Shown here: in pieces, positions 27,577 through 42,528 of the stretch | Position numbering within the stretch: position 1 is the first letter of the stretch | Layout: each line of letters begins with the position of its first letter | Origin: Dictyostelium discoideum | Lineage: Eukaryota | Assembly: GCA_000004695.1 (NCBI GenBank) | Contig: CM000150.2 | Location: 3,936,001 to 4,000,000 of the forward strand | Length of the DNA: 64,000 bases | Direction: 5' to 3' | The notes under the pieces: generated by a model | Database searches by the model: none | What the model was told of the DNA's origin: nothing | What the model saw: the letters and a program-made list of their open reading frames with translations, nothing else | Position numbers and translations under genes: made by a program

Positions 27577-30500
27577 CTATTGTTTTAATAAATTTAATAC
27601 CATTTGTTCAGTAATATTCCAACCATCATAAGAACCAAAAGAAATTAAAAGTGATTTTGTATTTTTTGAAATTTTAAATTCTTTAGACATGTGATATTTT
27701 GTGGGAGTAAAATCTAAAGGATGAAAAGTTCTTAATCTGATACAAGTTTTATCATTTGATTCTGAAATCATTTTTTTCCAATTTATTAAAGTGGTTTCTT
27801 TGTAATTAAAATTTTTTTTTATCATTAGAAATATTTCATTTGTTGTTTGCAATTCACCATTTAATGAAATAATATTTAAAGTATTTATTTTTGTTTTTGA
27901 CCAACAACCTTCATTAAAGATTAAATTAATAATATTTTGTGCTACCCATGTTACTGGACTAATAAATAATGAAGTTGGTTCAATTGGGAAATATTTAGTA
28001 ACACTAATGGATTTAATTATTAATTGAAGCAAATCTCCACTATGACCAATACCAGTATGTGGATTTGAAAATATTGATGGTAATCTAATTGTCATTGCTG
28101 GAATACCTCTTGATGATGCTTCTAATAGTAAATGTTCACAGATAAGTTTACTTTGAATATAGCCACCTGGTAAATTATTTAAATTACTTAATGAAGGTAT
28201 TCCAACTTGGTATTCATCAAATTCGATTTCATCATTTAATTTTTGACCAAAGAAAATTGAAAATGAAGATAAATTTACAATTGGTATCATTGGTTTATTT
28301 GTACCTTTCGAAACTGATAGCTTTATAAACTCTTTAGTTGAGTCTACATTGGTTGGTTTAATTTCATCATAATTTGCATTTAAATTAATATCAGCACCAC
28401 AACTTAAAATTAAATTTACTTGATTTGAAATTTCTAAATACATTTTATCAGATAATCCAAGTTTACTCTTTCTTAAATCTCCACGGACTGGGAAAATCTT
28501 TTCCAATTCTGATTGTTCAAACATTTCAAATAATTTATGGTGTTTTAAATTGTCAATTATTTTATTCATTAAATCGATTTGGTCAGATAAATGACCTGAT
28601 CTTGTTAAACAATAAATTTTTGAACAGTTTTTCATTTTTACTAAATTCAATAAAAGATAACCTCCTAAAAATCCAGTTGAACCACTTAATAATATAACTT
28701 TATCCATTTTATTATCAATAATTAAATCTGATTTAATTGATGATGCAATTATTGTTTCATCTAATTTTGCTTCATTCTTCCAATATTCAAATGTTTTTGT
28801 TGTTGTTGTTATTTCATTGGTATTATTAACCACTGTACTACTTTTATTTTTACCTTCTTTCTTTTTATCTAATGAATTTGTTATAATTTTAATTGATGAT
28901 GAAATTGTATTTGTTTGAAGTTGTTGAATTGTAATAATATTACCTGATAATTCTTTATCTACCCAATTTTTTAATTGAACGATTGATAAAGAATCAGCAC
29001 CATATGCAGAAAGTTTAATATCGATATTAATCTTTGATATTTCAATTGATAATACCTCTGAAACTTTCTCTAAAAACATTTGATTTACAGAGTTTTTATT
29101 ATCCTGATTACCATCATGACCCAATTGATTAACTTTATTCTTTTCTTCTAAAGAAACTTGATAATCAATCTTTGAAAAATTATTTTTTTGTGGATTATAT
29201 TTTGTTATATTTGAGAAATTAAAACTTGAAACTATTAAATTTGTTGATAGTTCTTGATTTTGGATTTGTAAATCTAATGAACCTAAAATTGTATTGATTG
29301 AAAGTGGATTGAATCCTAAATTTTCAAACATTACTGAAACATTTTCATTTCTTGATACAAATCCAGTTGATTTTATTAAACCATAACTTGTGCAAATTGA
29401 TGGTAAGCCAAGTGATTTTCTATACTGTGAGAATGATTCTAAAACATTATTTGCACAAACATAACTACATTGGCTTTCAGAACCTAATGATGAGGTAACT
29501 GATGATGCAATTATAAAGTTTTTTAATTTCCATCCCCTTTTAATTGATTGATCGTGTAAAATGATTGCACCAATTGTTTTTGCGCCAAATGAAATATCCA
29601 GAGTATCCATATTGATAGCTTCTACATTCTTTGTTATTTGATGGAATGCATAGTGGAATATTGAATCAATGTTATCAATATCATTTGAAACTTCATCGAT
29701 TGCTTTTCCCATCGAGTTTATATCACCAACATCAACGCTCTTGAAATGAAATTTTATATGTTTATTTCTATTTACTAATAGTTCTAACTGCCATTTCATT
29801 GATGATTTTGAAAGGATAATTATATTTTCAACTAATGGCGCAAATTTAACTATCCATTTTATAATTTCAAAAACTATACCAGATTGACCAGTAACTATTA
29901 TATTCTTTCCTAAATTATTTATATTGATTTGATAATTTGATTTTAATAATGTAAAATCTAAATTGGAAGTTGAATTGATTTTCTCCTTTATTAAATTACC
30001 CACTAAATCTGTATCATGATTAACAACAATTTTACCAATATGTTTACGTTGATTAATATATTCAAATGCATTTTTAATATTAACATTTGAATATTGAGTT
30101 ATTGGTAAATTATTAATTAATTCATTATTTTCAATTGCTTTTGATATTGATTTTAATAATTTCTTTAAAATTGGTGCAGCTATAAAAAGTAATTCTACAT
30201 TATGATAACCATAGTTGAATTTAAATTTCTTATTATCAATATACTCATTTGAATTCAAATGAGTGATTGATAAATCTACAATTCTACCACTTTTTGAAAG
30301 ACAATTGAAATTTGAATCCATATAATCACTTGATAATGTATTTAATATTAAATCTACACCTGTTTTATCCGAGCCTAATTCTTTAAGTTTATCTTTTATT
30401 TTTTGAACATAACTCTTATCTCTTGTTGAATAAATACCTGTAATTAAAGATCCATAGGTGTCACGTAGATATTTCTCTTTCTCTGGTGATCCAACTGTAA

Positions 30501-33500
30501 GGAAAATATAAGAACAATGACCTTTCCATTTTAAAATATTTAATGAAGATAAACCAACACCACCGGATGCTGAATGAATTAAAATTGATTCATAATTTTT
30601 TAAATTACCAATATTGTAAATACTATGAAGAGATGTTGAATAAACTACTGGTATTGTTGATGCTTGTTCATGACTTAAGTTATTTGGTTTAAAATAAATT
30701 GAACCTGAATCTATAATAGATTTGGATGATGCAGTGTTATATGCAGTACCATAAACTTGGTCACCAACTTTAAATTCACTACAATTGTTTTTGGATACTC
30801 TTGTAATGACACCAGAAAAGTCACTACCAAATTCTGGGTCATTAATATCACCCGTTTTATGATTGACCATTTCAGGTGGCACACTTCCAATGTATGTAAG
30901 ATAATCTTTATAATTTAATGCAAATGATTTAATTTCAACTTGGACTTCAAATGGTTCTAAATCTTTTGTCATTGGTTTTAATTCATATTCTAAATTTGGT
31001 GATAAAACTGCTACTAAATCATTTTCAACTAAATCTTGATATGATTCAGATTTGAATTTTTTTCTAAGATTTTGTTCTTTCTTTATTCTTTCAAAATAAA
31101 CTTTACCATTTCTAATTAAATATTCTTTTTGAATAGATATTTTCTTATCTGTTAATAATTCAATCAATGATACTAAATTCTTTTCATTATTATTATGAGT
31201 GTATTCAATAATTGATTCTTTATCGAAATCTAATGTGAATAGTTGTAGTTGTTGAAATTCATCGAAATATCTTGCAGCACCTATAACTGATGATGCTAAA
31301 TAATTATCTTTTCTTGAATCTGATGTTATCAATACATGTTTGCACATTGAATTAAGTTTTAATAGTTTTCTATTAATTTCTATGTATTCAAATGTAATTG
31401 ATTTAAAATTATCCAATGTTAATTGTTCCATTGTTTTTATAAAATAAATCACAGATTTATCGGTTATTGATTGTTTTTCTACAAATTCATTAAATTTACT
31501 GATTGTTGATATTATACTTAATATCTTGTCATCAGTTGATTCTAGTGATTTTAAAAATTTATTACAAATTTCACTGTCATCATTACTATAAATTATAATT
31601 TGATCATAAGAGTCTATATTTGGATTTGGTGATAATTCTGATAGTAATTGTGGTTTTCTTGTTTGAATGATTGATTTTTTATCATTTGAAATGATTGTAT
31701 CTTTAAAATTACATTGATCTAATAACTCTTTTATTTCAATTAAGTTATTTCCATCATTATTTATTAATATTAATTGACCATTTGGTACCATTAAATTATA
31801 AATCATATAAAGTGTAGCCTTAATATCATTTGTTTCCTTTTCTAAATCATTTATTAATACAATATCATATTGTGAAGGTTTTAATTGATTATCTTCGAGT
31901 AACAAAGGATCATTAATGCTATAATCTCTATAAAGTATGCTAACACGTTCATTGATGTGTGATAGTTTATCCTTGATTGATGAGGTTAATGATTGTGGGA
32001 CACTACCAAAAGTATATTCAATATCAATTTCACACAATGGAAACTCTTTTAATAATTGATTAAATTTCTCTAAAACATTATTTGATGAATGAAATGTGGT
32101 TCCATTGTAATCTGCAAAACCGCTTGAAAAATCTAATATTCTAAATACCATTTTTTCATTTACAAATGGTACAAGTGATTGCTTAATAATTGTACCTACT
32201 AAAATATCATTTTGTCCTTTTTCTTGTTGGTAAAGTGATTCGAATGTTTGTGGTGGTAAAATTAATGAATCCTTTGATTGAAGGTAGGTGGAATATAATT
32301 CATTTGTTGGTGCTTCAATTTTTAATGAATCTTGAATTGGTGTTAATGAAGTACATGCTGCATTATCGATTTCAATTAATACAGTACCATCTTCTAACAT
32401 TACTACAATAGATGCAAAGTAAGAATCACCCATTTTTGCATTTAATGATGAATAAACATATACGTTTGTATGTTGATCCCTTGCTGATGGTATATTTGAT
32501 GAATATAGATTAAAACCTTCAATTCTATCGAAAACCAATTGACAATGTTCATCAACTAAACCAATCATACCATGTAAACAACAATCTAAAATTGAAGAGT
32601 TGAAAAATGACTTTTGATCTGGTAAATGTTTTGGAAGTTCTAATGAAACCACTGATAATGAACAATTATCACCTAAATAACACATCGATACAGCTTGAAA
32701 CATTCCACTATATGTTAAACCAGTTTTTAACTTTATGTGGTCATATAAATCTTCTTTTGTCAATTTGGTTAAATTGCAACGTTTTTCAATCAAATCTTTA
32801 ATATTGTATTTTTGATTGAATATTTTTAAAGACTTTTCACCATTGTGTTTAAATAATTGAAAATTACCAAACGATGATTGAATCCATTCATTCTTTTTTT
32901 GATCTTTAAAATGGAATAATACTTTATATTCTGTTTTTCCAGTTGGATAAATGTTTGTTTGTAAACAATGATTTACTGAATCATCTGTAAAAATAAATGG
33001 AGTACTAAATTCCAATGTACTAATAGTTATATCTTGTGATGGATAAATTTTTAATAAATTATCAATATAACCACAACCTGGGAAATAGAATTTCCCTTTT
33101 ACAACATGACCTTTTAGATATTGGAATGGTTTTCTCTTTATGTTTATAAATGTTTGATAAGATTTTACAAATGGTGAATCAGTAATTGAATTACCTAATA
33201 TATCAATTGGTGGACCTGTTAAATAATAATTCTCATAGAGTGAATTAATTTTCCAAAATTGTTTTTCATCCCATTGGTATAGTGGTAATTTATGAGTTGG
33301 TACTATTGATCTATTTATATTTTCAAATTGACATTTAAAGTTTATATTATACCCATTCTGACAATATAATTGAGAAATGGTTTGTCTTATCTCTTTAACA
33401 TCATTCTTTTTCTTGTGAAGTGGTGAATAAATTGAAATACTATCACCTTTTCCAAAGTAACTTGAATCTTTTGGTATCATTTGTTTTAAATAAAATTGTA

Positions 33501-35374
33501 AAGTTGGATGAGGAGCCAATTCAATAAAAACAATATCAGTTCCCAGTTGATTATTTTCTATATGTTTGTATAGATTTTCAATTGTTTGAGTAAAGTTCAC
33601 TGATTTTAAAATATTTTCATAAGTATATTTTGGTGAATATGGAGTAGTTTTATAATCAAATAAATTTGTTGTTACTGTAGAAAATATTGGTATTTCCGAT
33701 TCTTTGGATTTATAGTCCAATGAAAGGATATATTCTTTAATTGCTTTTTGACTTGATGTATGGAAAGATGATAATGAACCTAACATTGATGTAAATTCAC
33801 CTTTACTTTTTAATTCTTCTGAAATTTTATTTAGTTGATCCTCTTTTCCTCCAATTACAATTGATGTTGGTGAATTATAACATGAAATTTCTACATCAGG
33901 ATATCTTGATGAAAATTGTTCAATAAACTTTTCAGGTGAAATATTAATTGATAACATTCTACCACAACCTGTTGTTGTACTCTGGGCTATTGATCTATGA
34001 TAAATTAAATAACATTCAGTTTCTAAATCAATCATACCTGAACAATAAGCGGCAGTAACTTCACCAAGACTATGACCAACTATAAATGTTGGTTTAATAC
34101 CCCAGTGTTTATATAATTCGAATAGTGAAATTTGTACCATACAAATTGCAGGTTGTGCTAATGCTGGATTATGAATTGATTTCATATCATCTACCGGAAT
34201 GGATCTTAATTTCTCTAATATCGAGAAACCATAATATTTTGATAATTTATTATCCAACATATCCATAGTTTTTCTAAATATTGGTTCATTTTTATATAAT
34301 TCCAATGCCATTGTATTATATTGTGAACCTTGACCACAAAATACCATAATAATAATTGGATTCTTTGATTTTATTGAAATGTTTGATGATGTTGTTTTGA
34401 TTGTTTTAATATTATTATTAGTTGATATTAAATTATCTTTAAAATCATTCCAATTTGAACCTAAAATAACTGAACGTTGGTATAATGAATTTGATTTACT
34501 CATTATTTGTTCCTTTACAAAATCATTAAACTCCATAGTTTCTTGATTAAAATTTGAAATTAAAGATTGATATTGTTCTAATGATTTAGTTGAATTTGCT
34601 GAAAATGGAATTAAATATTCAATATTGTTCTGATGTTGTTGTTGTTTTAAATTTATTGTATTATTATTATCACTGCTACTATTATGATTATAATTGAAAT
34701 CTTTTAAAATAATACAAACGTTTGAACCTGTAACTCCAAAATTATTAACAGCCATGGTAATTTCTTTTTTTGGGAATGGAGTTGGTTCTACCACTACTTT
34801 TAAATTCCATTCATTAAATTTTATTAATGGATTTGGTGTTTTAAAATGTAAATTTGGTATAAAGTATCTATTTTTAAACATTAAACAGCATTTAACCAAT
34901 GATGCAATACCAGAAGATGCTTCACAATGACCAATCATTGATTTAAACGAACCTATTAATAATGGATTTTCTTTTGAATGATTGTCTTTGAAAATACTTG
35001 AAATACCTTCTACTTCAATTGGATCACCAACTGGAGTACCTGTACCATGTGCTTCAACATAGTCTACATCTTTTGCATTGATATTACCAGATGATAATGC
35101 CATTTTAATATTTTCAGCTTGTGATTGTGCTGATGGTGAATAGAAATTTGATTTATCACTATATCCATTACCATCAACATTTGAACTTGTACCTTTAATA
35201 ACACAATAAACTCTATCACCATCAATAATTGCTTGGTTTAAATCTTTTAATAATAATACCCCAATACATTCACTTTTTACATAACCATCTGCATTTGCAT
35301 CAAAACTTTTACATCTTCCGTCTTTACTTAACATATTCATATATGAAAATGATTTTGGGGTATTTGCATCTATT

Positions 35375-35407
<33 letters not shown>

Positions 35408-36087
35408 TTTATTTTAATTAATATATGTTCCATTATTTTTTTTTTTTTTTTTTTCTACTTACCAAAAATTAAACTTGTACCACCAACAATTGACATTTTA
35501 GAGTTTCCTTCAATGATAGATTTACAACCTAAAACCACAGCATTTGATGATGACGAACAAGCTGTATCTATTGTTATTGATGGACCATGAAAATCAAAAA
35601 TGTTTGAGACACGATTTGATGATGAATGTGATGATGATGAAAATATGTTGGTTTGAATTGAATCGATAGTTCTATTTAAATCTCTATATTCGTGAGTTGT
35701 ATTCCCAATGAAAACAGAGGTATTTGAACCGCGTAAATTAATTGGATCAATCATTGCATCTTCAATGGCTTCCCATGTACATTTTAAAAGTAAACGTTGT
35801 TGTGGATCTATTGCAGTTGCCTCTGGTGGACTTATACCAAAGAATAAAGGATCGAATGATTTAACTTCATCCATTGGTAATAAACCACCATATCTATTAT
35901 TAATCTCGCCCAATTTGTTGAAATTATCACTCCATCTTTCATTAGTTTCAATAATACCATCATAACCATTAACTAATTCTTTCCAAAGTTCACTTGGATT
36001 ACCTAAACTCTTGCCACTACCACCACCTGGTAATCTAAACCCAATTCCAATAATCCCAATACCATTATTTTCTTCTTTTAAAATCAT
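27577..36087 (-). CDS. Type I iterative-type reducing polyketide synthase, about 2805 aa, domain order KS-AT-DH-(degenerate C-MeT-like)-ER-KR-ACP-R (terminal NAD(P)-dependent reductase). Exons 36087..35463 and 35369..27577.
   Basis: E1 [23 protein letters not shown]... has the KS active-site Cys in IDTACSSS and ends TTT G|gtaagtag (phase 1). The 93-nt intron ends aaacaatag. E2 (D)[23 protein letters not shown]... continues the KS ([36 protein letters not shown]). AT: GQGSQY...GHSLGE (plus strand about 34028-34078). DH: [16 protein letters not shown] (about 33061-33108). Degenerate MeT motif I: [16 protein letters not shown] (about 32105-32150). ER: [19 protein letters not shown] (about 30550-30590). 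KR: [14 protein letters not shown] (about 29870-29910) plus YVCANN. ACP: [17 protein letters not shown] (about 28990-29010). R domain: [14 protein letters not shown]...[12 protein letters not shown] (about 28700-27577). Confidence 0.85.
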
Positions 36088-36230
36088 AATTTATTTTTTA
36101 AATTAATAACTATAAATGATTTATTGGATAATATATGTTAATAATTATATAATTAATTAATTTTTTTTTTTTTTTTTTTTTCATTTTATATGAAAAAATA
36201 AAAATAAAAAATTAAAAATATTTTATATCA

Positions 36231-36335
36231 CCAGACAGACAGATAGGTAGGTAGGTAGGTAGGTAGGTAGGTAGGTAGGTAGGCAGACAGGTAGGTAGGT
36301 AGGTAGGCAGACAGGTAGGTAGGTAGGCAGACACA
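36231..36335. repeat. GC-rich (TAGG)n/(GTAG)n tetranucleotide array punctuated by CAGACAG, about 150-250 bp upstream of the PKS start codon.
   Basis: Seen directly: ccagacagacagataggtaggtagg...ggcagacaggtaggtagg...ggcagaca. Highly unusual composition for this genome. Confidence 0.9.
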
Positions 36336-36432
36336 TTCATTAAAATCTATTTAAATAAAACAATCTAAGATGTTTATAATATTAAACTGTAAAAAAAAAA
36401 AAGTTTGGAAAAAAAAAAAAATAAAAAATAAA

Positions 36433-36560
36433 AGAGAACAGATTATGGTGTTTAGGAGCATTCTTCGAAGGATAAAAAAAAAATAATAATAATAGAGAAC
36501 AGATTATTTAATAAACATTTTTTCTAATAAAAAAAAAAAAAATAAAAAGAGAACAGATAA
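36433..36560. promoter_or_regulatory. Three direct copies of AGAGAACAGAT(T/A)A at 36433, 36494 and 36548, spaced 61 and 54 bp apart, in the PKS 5' flank. Candidate cis-regulatory repeats.
   Basis: Seen directly. Each copy is preceded by an A-run (aaaagagaacagattatgg, aatagagaacagattattt, aaaagagaacagataaaat). Function is inferred only from position upstream of the minus-strand pks and downstream of the TBC gene 3' end. Confidence 0.3.
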
Positions 36561-36661
36561 AATTTTAAATCCAAAAAATCTCAAAAAAAAAACAAAAAAA
36601 AAAAAAAAAAAACAATTTCTCCCGAAATTAATTTTTAATTGTTGTTATTAACAAACAATCC

Positions 36662-36693
<32 letters not shown>

Positions 36694-36851
36694 TATATAT
36701 TTTATTGTTCTTTTTCTTTATTCTCTCTTTAATTGTTTCTACTTTATTTTTTTTTTTTATTTTTTTTTTTTTTTTAATTTTTTTTTTTTTTTTTGTTTTT
36801 TTTTTTTTTTTTTTCTTGGTAGGGAAATAAAAAAAAAAATTATTAAAAATA

Positions 36852-38733
<1,882 letters not shown>

Positions 38734-38837
38734 TATTGATTTTCTTACTTTTTTTTTTTTGTATATATTTATTTTTATTTGTTGATAAATTTGATTATTT
38801 TATTTATGACACTCTTTTTTTTTTTAGGTGAAGAAAA

Positions 38838-38870
<33 letters not shown>

Positions 38871-40380
38871 AAAAAGAAAAAACTTTTATATATATATGTG
38901 ATGTTATTTATTATTTCAAAAACAAAAAAAAAAAAAAAATATAAACAAAAAATAAAAAACAAAAAAACAAAAATAAAAAAAAGATAAAAAAAATAAAAAA
39001 CAAGAAAAAAAAAAAAAAACTAGTTTGTAAAATCTACTTTGTAAATAAATTTATATTTTCTTTTTTTGAAAAATGTAACATATGTGCAAAGTGTTGTGTA
39101 TTTTTTTTTTTTTAAAAAAAAAAAAATTTTGATTGTTATTTTGTTTTATTTTATTTTTTCCCTTCCTTATTACCTAAATTATAATTATCTGTAAAAAACA
39201 GCGTGCCTTTTTAAAAATATTGTTAGGCAGTTTGTTTGGTGTGCAAACAAAAAAAAAAAAAAAATAAAAAAAAATAAAAAAAAAAAAAATAAAAAAAAAA
39301 AATTAATTTTTTTCAAAATATCCTTTTTTTTTTTTTAAAACTTAAATTTTTTTTGTTCTATTTTTATTTTTAAATTCTATTTTTATTTTTAATTAATTAT
39401 AATAAATAAAATAATTTAAATTATTATGTAAAAGATTATGGATAATTATTTTAAATTTATTTATGAAAAAAAAAAAATAAAAAAAATAATAAAAATAAAA
39501 AAAATTAAAAAAAATTAAAAAAAAAAATTGTGGGAAATTTGGTGGTTCAAAAATAAGCATTAATATTTTAAAAAATTAAATTTTAATTTGCAATTTAGTA
39601 AATGAATCAATTAATTAATCAATTAATGAATGATTGAGTGGATGAATTAATTAATTAATTAATTATATATCGTTATAATTTACTGATGATGATAAATTCG
39701 TATCGATTTTTAATGGATATGTTACACCTTTTTTCATAGTTTTATATTTATAAATTAATATACCACTCTCTCCTCTATCTCTCTCTTTATCTATATCTAT
39801 ATTATTCTTAATAAAATCCTATTCTAATTAATTTTTTTTTTTTTTTTAAAAAATTAAATTGCACCACACATATAAAAAAAAACATCAAAAAAAAAAAAAG
39901 ATCTCTTTTGAATTATTTTTTTTATTTTAACTTTCATTTTTTATTTTTATTTTTTTTATTACTCATCTTTATATTCATTAATTGTATGTATACATAGTTG
40001 ATGTGGGGAAATTTCAAAAAAATTACACTACAACAAATAACTTACCTTGGTGATTCTAGGTGGATCAAATGGAATATATTCATCCGTTGTTTTTCTTCAA
40101 AAATAAAAAAATAATTACAAAGTAATTAAATTTTTTTATTTTTTTTATTTTTTTTTTTAAACAATAATTTAAATTTATTAATTCTTAATATGTATAGATA
40201 AATAGAGCACTCAAAAATACTCAAAATGATATAAAAATTAAAAAAAATGAATGTAATCATTCTGTTTTTTTGAATTTTTTTTTTTTTTTTCAAATCAAAA
40301 TAAATTTTATTTTTTTTTTTATTTTTTGGTCTAAACTAGTTGGCATGAGGAGTTTTAAATATATTGAAATACTGATGATT

Positions 40381-40833
40381 TTAATCTTTGTAATAAACTT
40401 CAGATATTTGTAAATATTTTAAACTTGATATAATATAAAAATTATCAAAAGGACAGTTTGAAAAACTTTGAGTGATTTGACTTTTATAATAATTTAGATC
40501 ACCTGCAAATTGAATAGTTTTTATATAAAAATTATTAAAAATTAAATTTGTTAAGGTATTTGGTAACCATTTAATTTTTTCAATTACTCCACCAATTATA
40601 TTTAAATAATAGGTTTGATAATCTAAAACTAAATTAATTAGATATAATGGTAAACAATTAAATGCAATTAATGGTTGGTAAAATTTAAATGGTTCTATAC
40701 CTTGATAACCTAAAATTTTTAATGTAGTAATTGGATTTGGTAAAAATAATAATGGTTGATTTAACATCATACCAAAAAATACTAATTTTTTTAAATTTTC
40801 TGGGAAAAAAAAGGAATATAGATTCAGATCTGA
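40381..40833 (-). pseudogene. FNIP-repeat-containing protein fragment, about 150 aa of repeats with no credible 5' exon. Probable pseudogene or gene relic.
   Basis: Minus-strand ORF ...SDLNLYSFFFPENLKKLVFFGMMLNQPLLFLPNPITTLKILGYQGIEPFKFYQPLIAFNCLPLYLINLVLDYQ...LPNTLTNLIFNNFY... shows the FNIP periodicity (LPxxLxxLxFGxxFNQPI). It is bounded upstream by an in-frame stop. No ATG or phase-compatible upstream exon could be found in the 600 bp before the next gene. Confidence 0.35.
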
Positions 40834-40963
40834 AATTTAATTATTAAATCTAATATCTTTGATCAAAAAAAGTTGAAAATGGAATTCGATGAACAAATTG
40901 AAATAATTTTTTTTAATGTTCATAAAAGGAAATTATAAAAATAAAAAATAATAAAATTTTAAC

Positions 40964-41001
<38 letters not shown>

Positions 41002-41025
41002 CTACAATTTTTTTATTATTTTTCT

Positions 41026-41056
<31 letters not shown>

Positions 41057-41367
41057 AATTTAAAATGATTTTATAGTAATGGACAGGTTTTTTTTTTTTA
41101 ATTTTTTTTAATTTTTTTTTTTTTTCAACTGTTTTATTTTATTTTTATTTTTAAAATGATTAAAAAGAACTTAAAAAATATAAATAAATGTGTATTTTTG
41201 AGTCCTCTATTTTTATACACTAAATTGAATTTTTAAAAATTAAAAATAAAAAAAAAAAAAAAAAAAAAAAAAATGAAATCCGATATAAATTAATATGGGG
41301 AAAATACAAAAAAACATAAAAAACTGAAAAATTATGTTTTTGGATTTTGTTTCTTTTAAAATGCACA

Positions 41368-41412
<45 letters not shown>

Positions 41413-41473
41413 AAAAACCGAAAATTTTTTTTCATTTTGGTTAATACAAATATTCTCAACAATACCTAAAAAA

Positions 41474-42485
41474 ATGTTTAGGTTATTAAATAAGAGTGAA
41501 TTAATAAAACCATTTATAAATAATAGTAGTAGTAGTATTAGTAATAATAATGTTAATAATTTAATTAATAAAACCATTATATTTCCAACATTTCAATCAT
41601 TAATATTAAATGAAAAATTTTATTCATTTAATAAAAAAAGTAATATTAGTTTTGTTGCACCATTAAAAAAGTCAAATGATAAAAATTTTTATAATCGTGG
41701 TGGTGGTGGAGGTGAAAATAAAAGTGATCAACAAAATAGTAGTGGTGGTGGTAAAAGAGCAAAATTTTTGAGAGCAAAAGAGGAATTAAGAAAAGAATCG
41801 TCAAGTAAAGTATCATCAAATTCACTTTATGGTAGTGGTTTAGCATCAACTGAAAATTTTAAAAAACCAAAACCAAGAACAACAACAATTGGTGATTATA
41901 ATCCACAAAAATATTTTTACCATCCAGCAAATAGAATTCATCAAGATTCACCAGAATATAAACTTAGAGAATCATTAAAACAAAAAAGAGAAAGTATAAA
42001 AATGGCAGTTGAGAAAAAGCGTTCTATAATATTCGAAAAAAGGGATCACAACGTTACAATGGAACAATTGGATAATCAAACAATACATATACATAATAAA
42101 TCGAAATATTTCGATAATCTCGATCCAAATGCAATTGGAACTGGTATTGCATTTTCAAGACTTGGTATTAAAAAAAATTTAGTTGAATCTTTAAAAAAAC
42201 ATTTTAACATTACAATTCCATCATTAATTCAGCAATTAGCAATACCTCCAATCCTTTCAAATTCAAAAGATGTTTTATTCGTTTCACAAACAGGTACTGG
42301 TAAAACTTTAACTTATCTCTTACCAATCATTCAAAATATTAAAAAATCTGAAGAACAAGAATTAAAAGAAATTAAAGAAAATATTAAATTAGAAAATAAT
42401 AATGAAAAAGAAGAAGAACAAGAGGAGGAAATAGTAGAAAAGGAAGAAGAAGAAGAAGAACAAGAAGATGAAAATATTGAAAAAG

Positions 42486-42528
<43 letters not shown>

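Noticed and set aside
27577-36087. Many short antisense (plus-strand) ORFs inside the PKS, e.g. 28425..28697, 32190..32411, 34694..34930 and 35708..35965.
   Set aside because: They are embedded in a long, domain-validated minus-strand CDS. They have no motifs and typical antisense codon bias.
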